From Acanthaster planci (lineage: Eukaryota), in NCBI RefSeq assembly GCF_001949145.1, contig NW_019091355.1, forward strand, positions 1,238,083 through 1,302,082: a DNA stretch of 64,000 nt, read 5' to 3'. This document shows, one piece after another, positions 38,920 to 51,200 of this stretch. Each line of letters starts with the position of its first letter. Positions within the stretch are counted from its first letter, which is position 1. The translations under genes were made by a program, and so were the position numbers. The notes beneath the pieces are model-generated. The model had not been told where the DNA came from and did not search any database. It worked only from the letters and a program-made list of their open reading frames with translations.

Positions 38920-39150
38920 TGTGGACATTCCTTTCTTTTCGTGCAGTTAAGAAAACTCAGTGAAAATACTCATTTTTCTTGAACTGGGAAGACGATTTTC
39001 AGCAGGCTTTTTGTACAAGGTTTCCTTGACTATTCCTCTTCCTTTTACGACGGATGACTCCTACCCCAAAATACCTTTAAACCCTTTTTCAGAGAAGGGG
39101 AAACGTCCTGTAAGTCCACAGAACGTCTTCCTTTCCTGCATCTGTGGACA
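38920..39150. mobile_element. Diverged copy of the GTGTGGAC-ended MITE-like repeat family
   Basis: Shares GTGGACATTCCTT, TTTCCT.GACT.TTCCTCTT, TTTTCAGAGA.GGG.AAAC and GTCCAC, in the same order, with the copies at 50414 and 55307. Confidence 0.55.
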
Positions 39151-40074
39151 TCTTTTGTTCACAAGTCCATGCTAGGTACCGGTACATAAGGTAAGCGCAC
39201 AAAGTACAAACGTTTCCAACACACACAAACAAATGTCTAGCATTAATGGGGTGACCTTGCAAACTAAGATGAACAGAAATACTTTGCTACCAAACTTACG
39301 CTACTCCACAAGCATGACTAGAGACGTCGCGTAGAAAACTATACTGTTGAAAACCGAACACGGCTACACTTGTTAGGACCAAATGTGAGACTAAGGCAAG
39401 GAGGCTATTAGAAAACAGAGTCCAGGGTCTGCCAAGAGCCATGGCATTAGACCTCATCAAGTCTACCTTTCTGCTGTGATTACAGGGAACTCAAGTAAGA
39501 ACGTAACTACGACACTGACAATGTACATTTCCAGCCTACTAGTCTACTCAGCGAAAGGCCAAAGCATTATTTACATATTGCATACAAATTTACATCATGA
39601 AACATTTATCACAGCTACATACACGTACAATGTACATCTGCAAAACATTTTTACATCATGGTATTCGTTGCATTTGTCTATTTACAAAATAAGAGTGGAA
39701 ATAAACATGCAGTGCTTGACAAGTCCGACTTGGAATAGAGATTTTCTCAATATGAAGTCATACATGATTCTAATGGCGGTACATGTACATGTATGTTTAC
39801 TCCGTGTACATTTACAAAATGGAACAAAATTTTTAAAATGCCCAAACTCTGGAATGCAAAGTTAATAAAGCCAATGATGTTCCCCATTATGGAATATATC
39901 AATTTCTATACGACCACTGCCTTTGACAACTTGTCTTAGAAATTCTCCACATTGTAATTTTTGGGCAGAAAGATTAGAATATCAAGGTTCACTTTATATG
40001 ATGTTGTACTTTAATCCGCACAGCACACTCAGTGCTGTCGCAGGACTTGAAAGAAAAAACAAGTCACAAATTGG

Positions 40075-40147
40075 ATTGGTTGGGACTCGAACCCCTGACC
40101 TCAGGCATACAACAAGACAAGCTCGAAACTATACAGCAAGTAGCCCC
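40075..40147 (-). mobile_element. tRNA-derived SINE head or degenerate tRNA-like sequence
   Basis: The minus strand reads GAGGTCAGGGGTTCGAGTCCC (B-box/T-arm). The A-box and anticodon arm are degenerate, so it is not called as a tRNA. Confidence 0.5.
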
Positions 40148-41011
40148 AAAGTAACCGATTTTTAAGGGTACTGTGCAGTACAGATATGTACACGTATGCA
40201 TGTAGTGGTATGCAAGTCCTATAGAGTACCGAAGTGTGACGTAACTGTGAACCAGAGTGTGCAGTGCAAACGAATGGAGTACACGCGCGTGTTGGTTCAC
40301 GCGCTGGTCTGCGCTAATGCCTTTTACACACTAATTGTGTGCATGACGTATTCACTTTGGTACTTCTATGTCACATGACTTTCTGTGCAAAAATGTTCCC
40401 TAGAGAAAGTGTACAATAAGCACTCTCATATCAGTTTTTGCTTGATAGTAATTTTACAGGTAAGTGCTTTATTTCATTTGTATGTAGTGGATTAATTTAC
40501 TTTGCAATATTTTCAGACCTTTGATAAATTACTATACATTGTGCTACATCATGAATATTCACAAATACAATATGTACATTCCAAAGTAAAATGTCAGCGA
40601 CACACCGTAGAGCCTACAACCCTCTTTTGTTTAACACCTAATGAGGACAGAATGGAATGTGCGAGTGTGCAAGTCACAGAGACAATTTGTTTTGTTGCAC
40701 TCTCTGCATGTACATGTAGCTCTCTGTGAAGTTTCTTGAAAAAAACTTACTTTGGCACGCTTGGAACTTTGAGACCAGGTACCATGGGATTCTGAAAAAA
40801 AGAGAGCTTTCAAAACCGAAGGAGACTTTGAGCAGGGTTTTTGGATGCCATGCATGGACAGAAAAAGAGAATGAACAAATGCCAACAAAATTTCTCCACA
40901 AATTCGTGATGAATAACGAATCTTATTTACACTCTCCTTTGATTCCAACAACCAAGGGTTGTCTGACCTGTGCCAATGCTCTCTACAATTGATATCTGAC
41001 CCTGAAACCTT

Positions 41012-42283
41012 TCATCTTTCAGTGTTGTTGACCCTCCTCGTAGGGATACCAGTGCCCCGAGGTAGCTTGCTGGCACCCCTGCCACGGACAGGCATAGCAA
41101 TCCTGCTGCCTCGGGGTTGCTGCTGCTGCTGCTCTCGGGTCTTGGGAGATGCTGGTGGCGTGGCCTGCTCCTCTTCAGATGATTGTCTGTCTGGAGATCT
41201 GGAGGGGCAGTCCCGAGTCAAGCCTGGTGGTGACTGCTTCCGGCGGGCAAACTGACCAGTTGGGATGGGACCAGCTTTTGGGGCTGATTGTTCTACTCTT
41301 TTGACAGACTGTGGTTGCTGCAGGCCAGAGGGCTTTGTAGAAACCCCATTCTGCATGGGGACTGGGTTGGAGTTGGCATCTATGACAGCTGGCCTGGTGG
41401 TGACAACTCTTCCGCCTAAAGCCTGCTCCTGTTTAGTTGCAGAAGTGGTACCCTTGGCCATCGGGACAAGTGATGGGATCTTTGGAAGCAGACTGCCATT
41501 CTCAACCTGTGGCTGGATATCCTTCTGGACCTGCCCTGAAGATCCCCTCGGGAGCAAACCTGAAGCCTTCCCTGTCAGCTGCCTATTTGGCATCATGCGG
41601 ATCTCTTTAGGCTTGGGGATTCCCTCGGTGCTGCCATTGATCTCCTGCATACCTTTTTGCTGGAGCTCCAGTGACCCCTGCTGGCCCCTGGACTGCTGTT
41701 TCTGGGGAATCCCCGTGCTCCTGGGCTGCTGGGGCTGGGGCAACTGTCGCTTGAGGGGACCTCCTCTCCGATCCTCAGCGAGCTGGCTTCCTTCATCTGG
41801 CTGTGACCCCTCGGACAGGAGACTGTCCTGAGATCCCGCTAACTTGGATTTGTAGGAGGTGGGCTGCGTCAGCTTGGATCTGCTAACTTGCTTCTTGGAA
41901 CCACCTGCTCTCTGACTGGTTCCTCCAGTGGTTCCCTTGTGGCTTGGAGAGGATGGCATCATTTGGGATGCTTGGCTACTTGCCGTATCGGTATGTTGGG
42001 AATCTGATGGACAGTTGGAAAGCTTGACTGTGGCCTCCTTGACAGGACTCGTGGGAATCTTGCTCATCAGGGCCTTTCTTGGTTGTACCCTCTCTGGGGA
42101 TCCCTGGCTGGAGGGTGGACTGATGCTGCCTTGAAGGTGCTGTCTGATCTCGGGTAGGGATGTTTCCATCGAATCTGGTAGCTGGGATAGCGAGGGCTCT
42201 GGGGATGAGGTTGGGGAGCGGCCTACTTTTAGGGGACTCCCCTGGAGGGAAGTCCCATTGGATGCCTTCTCCAATTCACTTAC
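41012..42283 (-). CDS. Terminal coding exon of the CCSER-like gene (~423 codons, disordered, SKIP/SKLP/TGIP motifs)
   Basis: Long ORF 41012-42373(-). A polypyrimidine tract and CAG acceptor end at 42284. Confidence 0.8.
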   Translation of the reverse strand, partial: VSELEKASNGTSLQGSPLKVGRSPTSSPEPSLSQLPDSMETSLPEIRQHLQGSISPPSSQGSPERVQPRKALMSKIPTSPVKEATVKLSNCPSDSQHTDTASSQASQMMPSSPSHKGTTGGTSQRAGGSKKQVSRSKLTQPTSYKSKLAGSQDSLLSEGSQPDEGSQLAEDRRGGPLKRQLPQPQQPRSTGIPQKQQSRGQQGSLELQQKGMQEINGSTEGIPKPKEIRMMPNRQLTGKASGLLPRGSSGQVQKDIQPQVENGSLLPKIPSLVPMAKGTTSATKQEQALGGRVVTTRPAVIDANSNPVPMQNGVSTKPSGLQQPQSVKRVEQSAPKAGPIPTGQFARRKQSPPGLTRDCPSRSPDRQSSEEEQATPPASPKTREQQQQQPRGSRIAMPVRGRGASKLPRGTGIPTRRVNNTER

Positions 42284-45200
42284 CTGTGTAAGAGAAAAAA
42301 AAAGTTGATGAGACTCAGTAATTGTTCCAAGAACTAACTTCAGCACTGGTTTCATGTCGCTTGTTTTGAACACTAAATACGTATATCAGTGACAAAAACC
42401 ATCTATCTAAATTAATGAACGCAGGTTAAACCATCTTCTTGAAAGTTCTCAAGTGATACATTTACATAAATATCTCAAATTTGATCTTCAAAGTATTGGT
42501 AACTACAAAAAAACCCAAATTCATCAATGCAGGAATTAGTTCAATACCAAATCCAGTTCAATAGGTTAATTTAGTGCTTCATTTAAGACTGCCATAAAAA
42601 TTGCAACATTGAATTTTCATGCGAAAGTGATCATGTTCCATCAAATGTAGAGAACATTTGTTTTTGGTTTGTTCCAGATTTGTTTGAAGCATGGTGATGA
42701 ACTGGCTTTAGTATTTCACTTCAGTGTCTGTTAGTTTCCAAACGCACAGCAAAACAAGCCAACTAAGGTGTTAGTTCAAAGAAAAGGAGAACTGAATGCA
42801 GAGAAAAAGGAGATAAAATTTCAATAAAGCTGGACTGAGGCACCGATATCAAAATTGCCAAGGTACATGTATGAGTGGATTAATACATGTACATGTCCAG
42901 ATATGTATGATGTAATGCACTGGCTATAAAACTAATGATAAAAATGTACACTGTATGCCGGTATCAATATAACCACACCAACAGCCAACTAGCGTAGGAC
43001 TAGTGATGCAGTAAACAACCTCTTATTATAGTCATTTTTGTTTACTTGAGCTGTGGCAACTGAAGTGAATAACAAACAACAAAACAACTACAATGTGTAA
43101 TGTAAAATGTAAAGAAAAATCCCTGAATAAATTAGATCTCATCTTCCGTCCATGGTAAAGAAAAAACATGTAAGGTTGGTAACAACTGTCTGCATTATAA
43201 ATCATTTTTAAACAGGAGATGAATTCTGCTGAAAAACTGTGAACAATCCTTCATTTTTTGTTTTGTTTGACTAGATCCTCTTAAATCTATCAGGCATGGC
43301 TCTGTGGGATTTTGAAGGGTTTTGTAGGATTGGTGAATGCAGCTCCCTAGTGTTGGGCTCCTGCAGTGTTGGATTTTGAAGGATTCAGTGTCATACAGTT
43401 CCCAAATTAAAACAAACACAAATATCAACTCAAGACCATGCATTATCCATACAATCAAAAGTTTCTGAATATTCAGAAACCTACAACACAGCCAACAAGC
43501 AGAGGCAAAAGATCTCATCCCTTCGTCAAACAATCACACAGTGATTTGTTCCACTTACACCTTGGCTTTTCAACCTGATGCCTTTTAATCCTGAGGTTGA
43601 ATACACAGAATAGGATCTGCCTGTAACTGTGCAAATGTAATCGTGGTAATAACAGAGTAAACTGCACTCTTCATTAAGGAAACTACGGGGTAATATCCTC
43701 CCTGCCGACAGGTGCTTCTAGTGAAGGTCAGTGTGGGATTTCATCTATGTGACTGCACTTGTGACTAATGACTCACTGTTTTTCAAGTGTTTTGTAATCC
43801 ATAATTGAAAAGAAAAAACTGCAAATCTCACTTTGAAGAAATTAAAGACCACAATAACAAATCAACTGGTACAAAAATTGAAGTGCAATGCAGCCAAGAA
43901 TCTGATCCTGATTCATCAGTACACAAAGAAATCGACTTATTTTGAGTGTCTGCAAATAATCATTATTATGATATCAAGTGATGTTGTGACTTCCAGATCT
44001 TCTGAAACAATGTACATGTAATATGGAATAGATGCTCTGCCACTACATGACATGTACATGTATGTTGTATAAGCTTTCACAAGTTTAACCAAGTTCAACT
44101 TGTGTTGTGCCTCACATGTACATACATGTATGTGGCTATTGTGCCTTTGAACGAATTTCAAGCTACAAGTACATCACATTTCATGTAATTTGCCGAGGTG
44201 AAAATAGCCTTTCCCCAATCTCAGAGCTTTGTCTCTGTCTTTTCTCATGTACAGCTCCATGATCGGTTTTAAATATTTACTGTTGAAACTAGCATTTTAG
44301 CCTTGTATTGGACAAATTTGAGGTTTCCATAATATCCTGGAGCAGCACTGAGCGCAAGGATCTTCACTAAAGTGGAATGAAGTCTGAAAACTCCATTTAA
44401 AGACGGAGACAATGTGGAAATTTGCCCCCCTCCCCAACACTCATACCATATGCCACCTTCTGTCCCATGTGAGTAAGCCGCATAGCGTCCTCTATCATCC
44501 CTGCATGAAGCTGTTGCAACTGCTACAGTACAATGTGAAAGTGACACTAATGGTATTCTAACTACGTGTATATGAACATCTCTCTGAACTCGCAGTTCGC
44601 TTTACTTCTGAAGCCCATGGCCTAATGCAAAACCACCCAACAAATTCACTGACACCAACTACATGACTTCTGAGACACAATATGCATTACACAATACAAC
44701 CATGACGATCAATACAACGGTTCAAACATAACAGTAAAATGCCATGCCGTGAAATGCCTTTTCATCAAGCACTGCAAGGATGTTAACAATCTCTACCTTG
44801 AGGCTATGGAGTCGAATATATTCCTCATACGCAGCCTTTATCTTACTATGGGAAACAACAAGTCAGACAAAAAAGGATCGAGGAATTAGTAATGGGCAAA
44901 TCATTCAATGAGTCTCTTCCTGAAAGGTTAGGTTTGTTCAGTGATGAAAAACATGTACAANNNNNNNNNNNNNNNNNNNNNNNNNNNNNNNNNNNNNNNN
45001 NNNNNNNNNNNNNNNNNNNNNNNNNNNNNNNNNNNNNNNNNNNNNNNNNNNNNNNNNNNNNNNNNNNNNNNNNNNNNNNNNNNNNNNNNNNNNNNNNNNN
45101 NNNNNNNNNNNNNNNNNNNNNNNNNNNNNNNNNNNNNNNNNNNNNNNNNNNNNNNNNNNNNNNNNNNNNNNNNNNNNNNNNNNNNNNNNNNNNNNNNNNN

Positions 45201-48200
45201 NNNNNNNNNNNNNNNNNNNNNNNNNNNNNNNNNNNNNNNNNNNNNNNNNNNNNNNNNNNNNNNNNNNNNNNNNNNNNNNNNNNNNNNNNNNNNGGGGGTA
45301 TTAGTACCATGTCAGGGGTCGGGGGGTATTAGTACCATGTCAGGGGTCAGGGGGTATTAGTACCATGTCAGGGGTCAGGGGGTATTAGTACCATGTCTTA
45401 CAAGGTGGGCACAAATGTGAATCATACAGAAATGCATGCATTTTAAAAAATGCACTACATGCTGCATGTCTCTACTCCATGTAGAATGCAACCTCTAATT
45501 TTAGAAAAAAATGAGAATGCAAAATAATGAACGCTTCTTTACATGTAACAGCAGTTGTCTACCAACTCATGACGAGCAGGTGGCACGATAGATTGGCATG
45601 ACGATGTGAGTCTTGCATGAATGTTCTTGCAGCAGAATTCAAAGAAAAATTAGAAATCAATGCGGGCGATTCACAACAGTGCGCCTCCAAGAGTCAGCAA
45701 CGTGTTGACCAATCACAGTGTGCAAAATCTGTCAACCCTTTCCAAATGCACATTGGGTCGACAGATTTTGCCCACTGTGATTGGTCAACGCGTTGCAAAC
45801 TCTTGGAGGCGCACTATTGTGAAATGTCGTATTCTTTGCAAAATGCCCAGGCATATTTTTAGTCATTGAATCTGGTCTTATAGAGATCCTATTCTCCGGT
45901 AAAAGGACAATTTCAGTCAATCACATCAGACAAATTAAAAAAAAAATGCTTCTGGGGTAATTTGATGTCAATGACATGGTTCCAGCATGAATTTATGACG
46001 ACATTAATTGTGGGGAGTTTCAGAACTGAGGTTCATAAACTCAACAAAGACAAAATGGCAAAGTCACAATGACAGCTATCTGTACATGGACTGCAGACAA
46101 CTATGAAGGATTGATGGAGTTTGTAACATTTCCACTTATGTATTGTGTGTTGTACATGGACATGGACGCATGGCATGCAGAGAGTTTCAAATGAAACCTA
46201 CATGTACATACCATCAGGATAGGATACTGCACATGTATATGACTAGTACACATGCAAAACCATACAATGCCAACACACAAGCCGAAAAATACGTACAAGC
46301 ATGTACAAACTTACGGTAGACAGTTTGGGATTACTTATTTTGTGTGGTCATTGTACCAAATCCATATCACTGCATCTCACCACTATGACATGACACGTAA
46401 GCAATGTACATGGACACATTGCTAACAGTGTGCCTGATACTACGCAACATGTTAAAGAATTTTCTGTTGGTATTTTTCTTCCACCACATCTCCTGTTTAT
46501 TGATGGAAATTTCTTATCTGGAACTCAACAGCAATGACTGGTTTTATACACAAATGCAGACACTCAACATCAACATTCCATGTTGAAGGTTTTAGTTTAG
46601 AAACTAACCAACATTACTACATGTACAGTATGAAAAATGGCTCACACATGAACTGGTGCGACACAAACACAAATATGACCTTCAGAACACAGGGTACAAG
46701 ACTTCTGTCTATTGTTCACACAAAGAGTAACTAATACTTTCCATTAGAATAATCTTCAAAAGTGAATGCATAAAATGGTAGACTCTGTACAGATTAACCG
46801 CAGCACAGTTTGGAAAAGTCTGGTGCGTGCGAGGGACTCCATACTCGGTATTTCTCAGTATCTGTAAGCTACGGAGAGTTAAGACGGCACCAAACTGCCT
46901 GATGAACCCTAAGAATTCTCTATATTACTAGACATGTGGCACGGCACCAAGTCGGCATTTGGACTCGACACGACAAGGAAATAACATTTTAGCTCTCTAG
47001 TTTTTACTTCCTGTTCACTTTCTCCATGCTGACTTCATAACCCAACTACACCATAGTTTCTCTACCCAGCCATACTGTGAACAAGACATGGTGGATATGA
47101 CTGTATCCTTACTCACAAGGCAAAGTTTTCTTTTTCAGTTTATTGACAGCCATGTAGCTAATTACTTATTAATATCAAAGAACAACCACAGCATTTCTGA
47201 TACAAGTATCCAGTAGATACATTGATATTTGCCAACTTTTTGATTTGAAGCCGCTTCATTCACATTCATTGTTATTGTTTTAATTCCTAAACTTCAATCC
47301 ATGTATCTATTTTCCCTGTCTGGCCAACCCAACTCCTTGAGTTCTACTAGATTTTGATGTAGCTTCAGAACTGATTGACTTCGACATGCAAACAAGTCCT
47401 TACATTTAAGTTTTGTTGAAGAGTAAAGTTGGATTTGGCAAACCAGAATGGTTCCAAGCTAAGATGCTACACTTGAATACAGCTTAGATCACCCGTTTCC
47501 TTAAAAAAGTAGGAACTCCATTTCAACCTTCAATGATAACACGCCAGGCCCTTAAAGCACAGAGCAACAAGCCTCACACGGAATAACACTTGACATCAGC
47601 ATAGGCTTTAGTGTTTGAACCAATGGATGGTCACACTCGTACAAGATGTCTACACCTACATGCATGCACACTAAACTAATCAGAGCGGCAAAAACTTTTC
47701 CCAGGATTATCACCGTCATATCTACTAGAACTGCACTGGTACTACCATGGTTGATGATGACAATAACCTGTACATGTATGTACACACACTTTAGGGTATG
47801 TGGAAATGGGCGACATGATGGGGACTGGACCAGGTGGGTGGGTTAGGGGTTGGGTAGAATACATGTACATGTAGGGTAGAGTGAGCTACATGGTGGATAG
47901 GGCTTGGGAGGGTTGGGTAGGAGTGGGCTGAGGGCAGCATGGGGGAGGTTGTGGCTACTAACGTGTGAATGATCACAGGCAGGATGGCACACACAAAAAT
48001 GATGGCAGTCTTTGAGCAAAGTTGTAAAGGAACAAATTTATTCCAAACAAATTTGTACCATTCTTTAAAAAAAAAAGCCACACTCGTGCGCCTTCCCTCA
48101 CAAAATGGGTAACATTTCTCAGCACTCCATACCAGCATGCTACCACCATGTACAGTACATGCACATACCTCATGCCTCAAGCAAACCGAATACATGTACA

Positions 48201-51200
48201 TGCACCTGCCTGACCTGTCCTATCCTACATCCTGTCTAAAGTCAAACACTACAATGTATAACTCCAACCTGCTATTTCCAGAAATAGGCTTACCGCACAT
48301 GTACATGAATGTTCACACAGGTGGACAGCACATATGCAATATTGATTTACTCCTGCCTGTATTCCTATGAACATGTACATATACCACTATGCATATGTAC
48401 AGTGTACATGCACATAGACCTGTACATGGGAAACAATTACCGTTAGGGCCAATTTCATCCAATTAGTAACAACTAACAAATGGCTATGTTAACCATAAAC
48501 TTATGCTTAGCGGCAGGTGGACAGCCAAAACGTAAAATCAGGCATGTACACGTCCTGTACATTAGAGTGGAATGCTTTCAAGTCTGATATTCAGGAAGCG
48601 TGATCTTATTTCCTAAAGTGGGTCAGTCAGGGTCAATGCAACCTGTGCCCGACCAGTGAACCTGTAGTGGTTGGAATCCTTTGTTCCTGCCTGAATATGC
48701 AGAGCTGAACCAAATTCAGCTCTTGGGTTACGAGAAAAGATGGATCCCTCAATTTGTATCCGGCTGATAAAAATGCACCTACATTGTAATTAGTTATGTT
48801 ACTGGTACAAGGGAAGAGCAGGTGTAAATCTCCTGGTTTGCTGAGCAGAAAAATACGGCTGAGCAGGAAGTGGAATGTAAAAATCAGCAGGTAATGATTC
48901 AACAGCAATATGATGTCAGCTGATATTTGGACTGACCCCTTTTTTGGAAAGCAAATATTTCCAGTGCTTACTCAGCACAATTCCAATTAAACCATACGTA
49001 TACGAACAGCTTCCGAAGCAAGTCGCTTGAAGCTGTCAACAGCTGGCTGCTTAGCCAGCATGTGATTGCCATCAGGCATATACATGTACAGAACAGGTAT
49101 TCACCTGAGCCCTTTAAAAAATGACTCAGCACTTTCTCATTTGAAGATTTTGTAGCATTTATGTACATGTGTTAACATATGGGATCCAGCCCTGTAACAG
49201 ATGACGGAATATTTGCATTGAGTACAAACTGCAGAGACATCCAGGGGAAAACAACTATTACAGTTCAGTTTCCCAGCTGTTGGCAATCTCTGTGCTGGGT
49301 CTGCATGCATTCAAAGACTACTGATGACTCAACACTTTGGCGTTAATGACCCATGCAGTGAAATGAGGGATCCAGAACTTAATCAGAGGCTGATGTCCAC
49401 AGACGATGACTGATTGATAACGTGTGACCTATTTCTCCTGAAAAAAAAAAAATCCAGGTTTTGGCATCCGAATTGGATTAAGAAGTTTAAAACTTTACAG
49501 TGGGCTAGAGTTCTTGGCCTAATGAGATAGTTTTTACAGTGTCGCAGTTCTGCAAAATCCTTACCCAATGGATGATCATAAACATGTTTGTATGGTGTCT
49601 GCACAAGCAACAGCTCGCTACATGAATTGTTAAGAGTGCAATTTGTGAGCAAACCCTGCGTGGGATAAGAGGATGATGCTGAGTGATTACTCACATGAGA
49701 CTCAATGTGTGAAACACACTGCATGCGCATGCTGTTCTATGATGTGAAATGCAAGCAACTTATTTTCATCTGAATGTGTACAAAAGGCACCCATTTTTGA
49801 GAGGGGAGAGGAAACATGGTACCAATGTCACTCAAAAGCTATTCGCTTCTTGTTCTGTCTCTACTGAGGTCTACAATGATACATGTACATATGTGGATCT
49901 GAACAGAATCCATCGTTGGATGACCCAACGTCAGAATCCATCGTTGGATGACCCAACGTCAGAATCCATCGTTGAAGCCCAATGGTTCTTTGCTTACAGC
50001 AGGCAGAGCAATAAAAAAATCAACCCTAATTTGACCTCGTCTGCTGTAGGCCTGGTGGACAGGACCAAAACAGACTTCAAGTCCACACTGTGTTGCTTTT
50101 CTCGCATGGGGTTCAGAACCACACTAGTCCACATCACAGCTTCGCAGCCTCCCCTGTCATATGAGTTATTTTCCCCTCTCTATCTTGATTGACACCTGCT
50201 CAGCTTGTTAATCCAGGGCTTAAGATCAAGCTGAAGAGATCCGGATGTAATTGCTCCTAGCTACTTGAGACGTGTAAAAATAATTTGATTTAATGCACCA
50301 ACAGCGATTTCATGAGAACAGCTTGTAATGGGTTAAGATATGGCTATCCTGGACTGAAGAGCACAAACACGGCATTTGCTCATGTGTACACACGCATACT
50401 GTTTTACATACAAAGTGTGGACATTCCTTTGCTCTCCTGTGGTTAAGGAAAATGCTCCTTTTTCTCCAATTAGGATAACTCCTTCGAGCTGGATTTTTGA
50501 TGATGATTTCCTGGACTGTCCTCTTCATTTGGCCATGGATAACCTTGACCCCGACAATGAACATGCCTCTGAAACTGTTTTTCAGAGAGGGGAAAACATT
50601 GTGTGGACGTGTGTGAGTCCACACAACACCATTGCACCCTACATTATGTGGACTTCTTTTGTGCAGAGGTCCACACTACGTATGCCATGCCTGCAAACAC
50701 TCACCCGCATGTGCTTGGAAGTTTCATGTACACGTCTGCTGTTCTGAAGAAAGTACACTTACACTTCATTGTGCATGCATTCAAACATGTACACTTGCAA
50801 TGACATTGGAAATGTACAGTATTCCTAAAATAGAGTTTTATACACGGAGGTCTCTCAGCATTTTTTTACTTCAATTTTTACTTCAATCTGCTGCGTCGTA
50901 TTTTGACCATATTTGGATCAGCACATTTCCAAGTTTTAAACATTTTGCACACACGCACCTGTTTAATGTACACAGGTGCAATGTTCCTACACATGGTGCT
51001 CAATGAGAGATATCTACATGTATACCTGTACATCAAGAGATGATCTGAACGATGAAGGACTAAACTTGGAAAACGTTTTGATGCACTTCCTTAAGTAGAT
51101 CTAATATTGCTTCCCTACATGTATCTTCAATGTGGTGACACAGTGGATCAAAACAGTGGCAAGCTTTTCTACATTTCTAACTAGCTGAGTAGCAGAAAAC

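Noticed and set aside
40075..40147. Possible tRNA gene
   Set aside because: Only the T-arm/B-box is convincing. I could not fold an acceptor stem or D-arm.
44846..45360. ORFs spanning the N run
   Set aside because: Artefacts of undetermined bases.
49904..49974. Short direct repeats with an internal hairpin, superficially CRISPR-like
   Set aside because: The units are contiguous with no unique spacers, the context is a eukaryotic intron, and there are no cas genes.
50310..50747. ORFs with similar peptides at 50376 and 55068 (WTFL.SPVVK.NAP.SP.RITPSSWIFDDDFLDC)
   Set aside because: The similarity comes from the shared non-coding dispersed repeat, and the frames break between copies.
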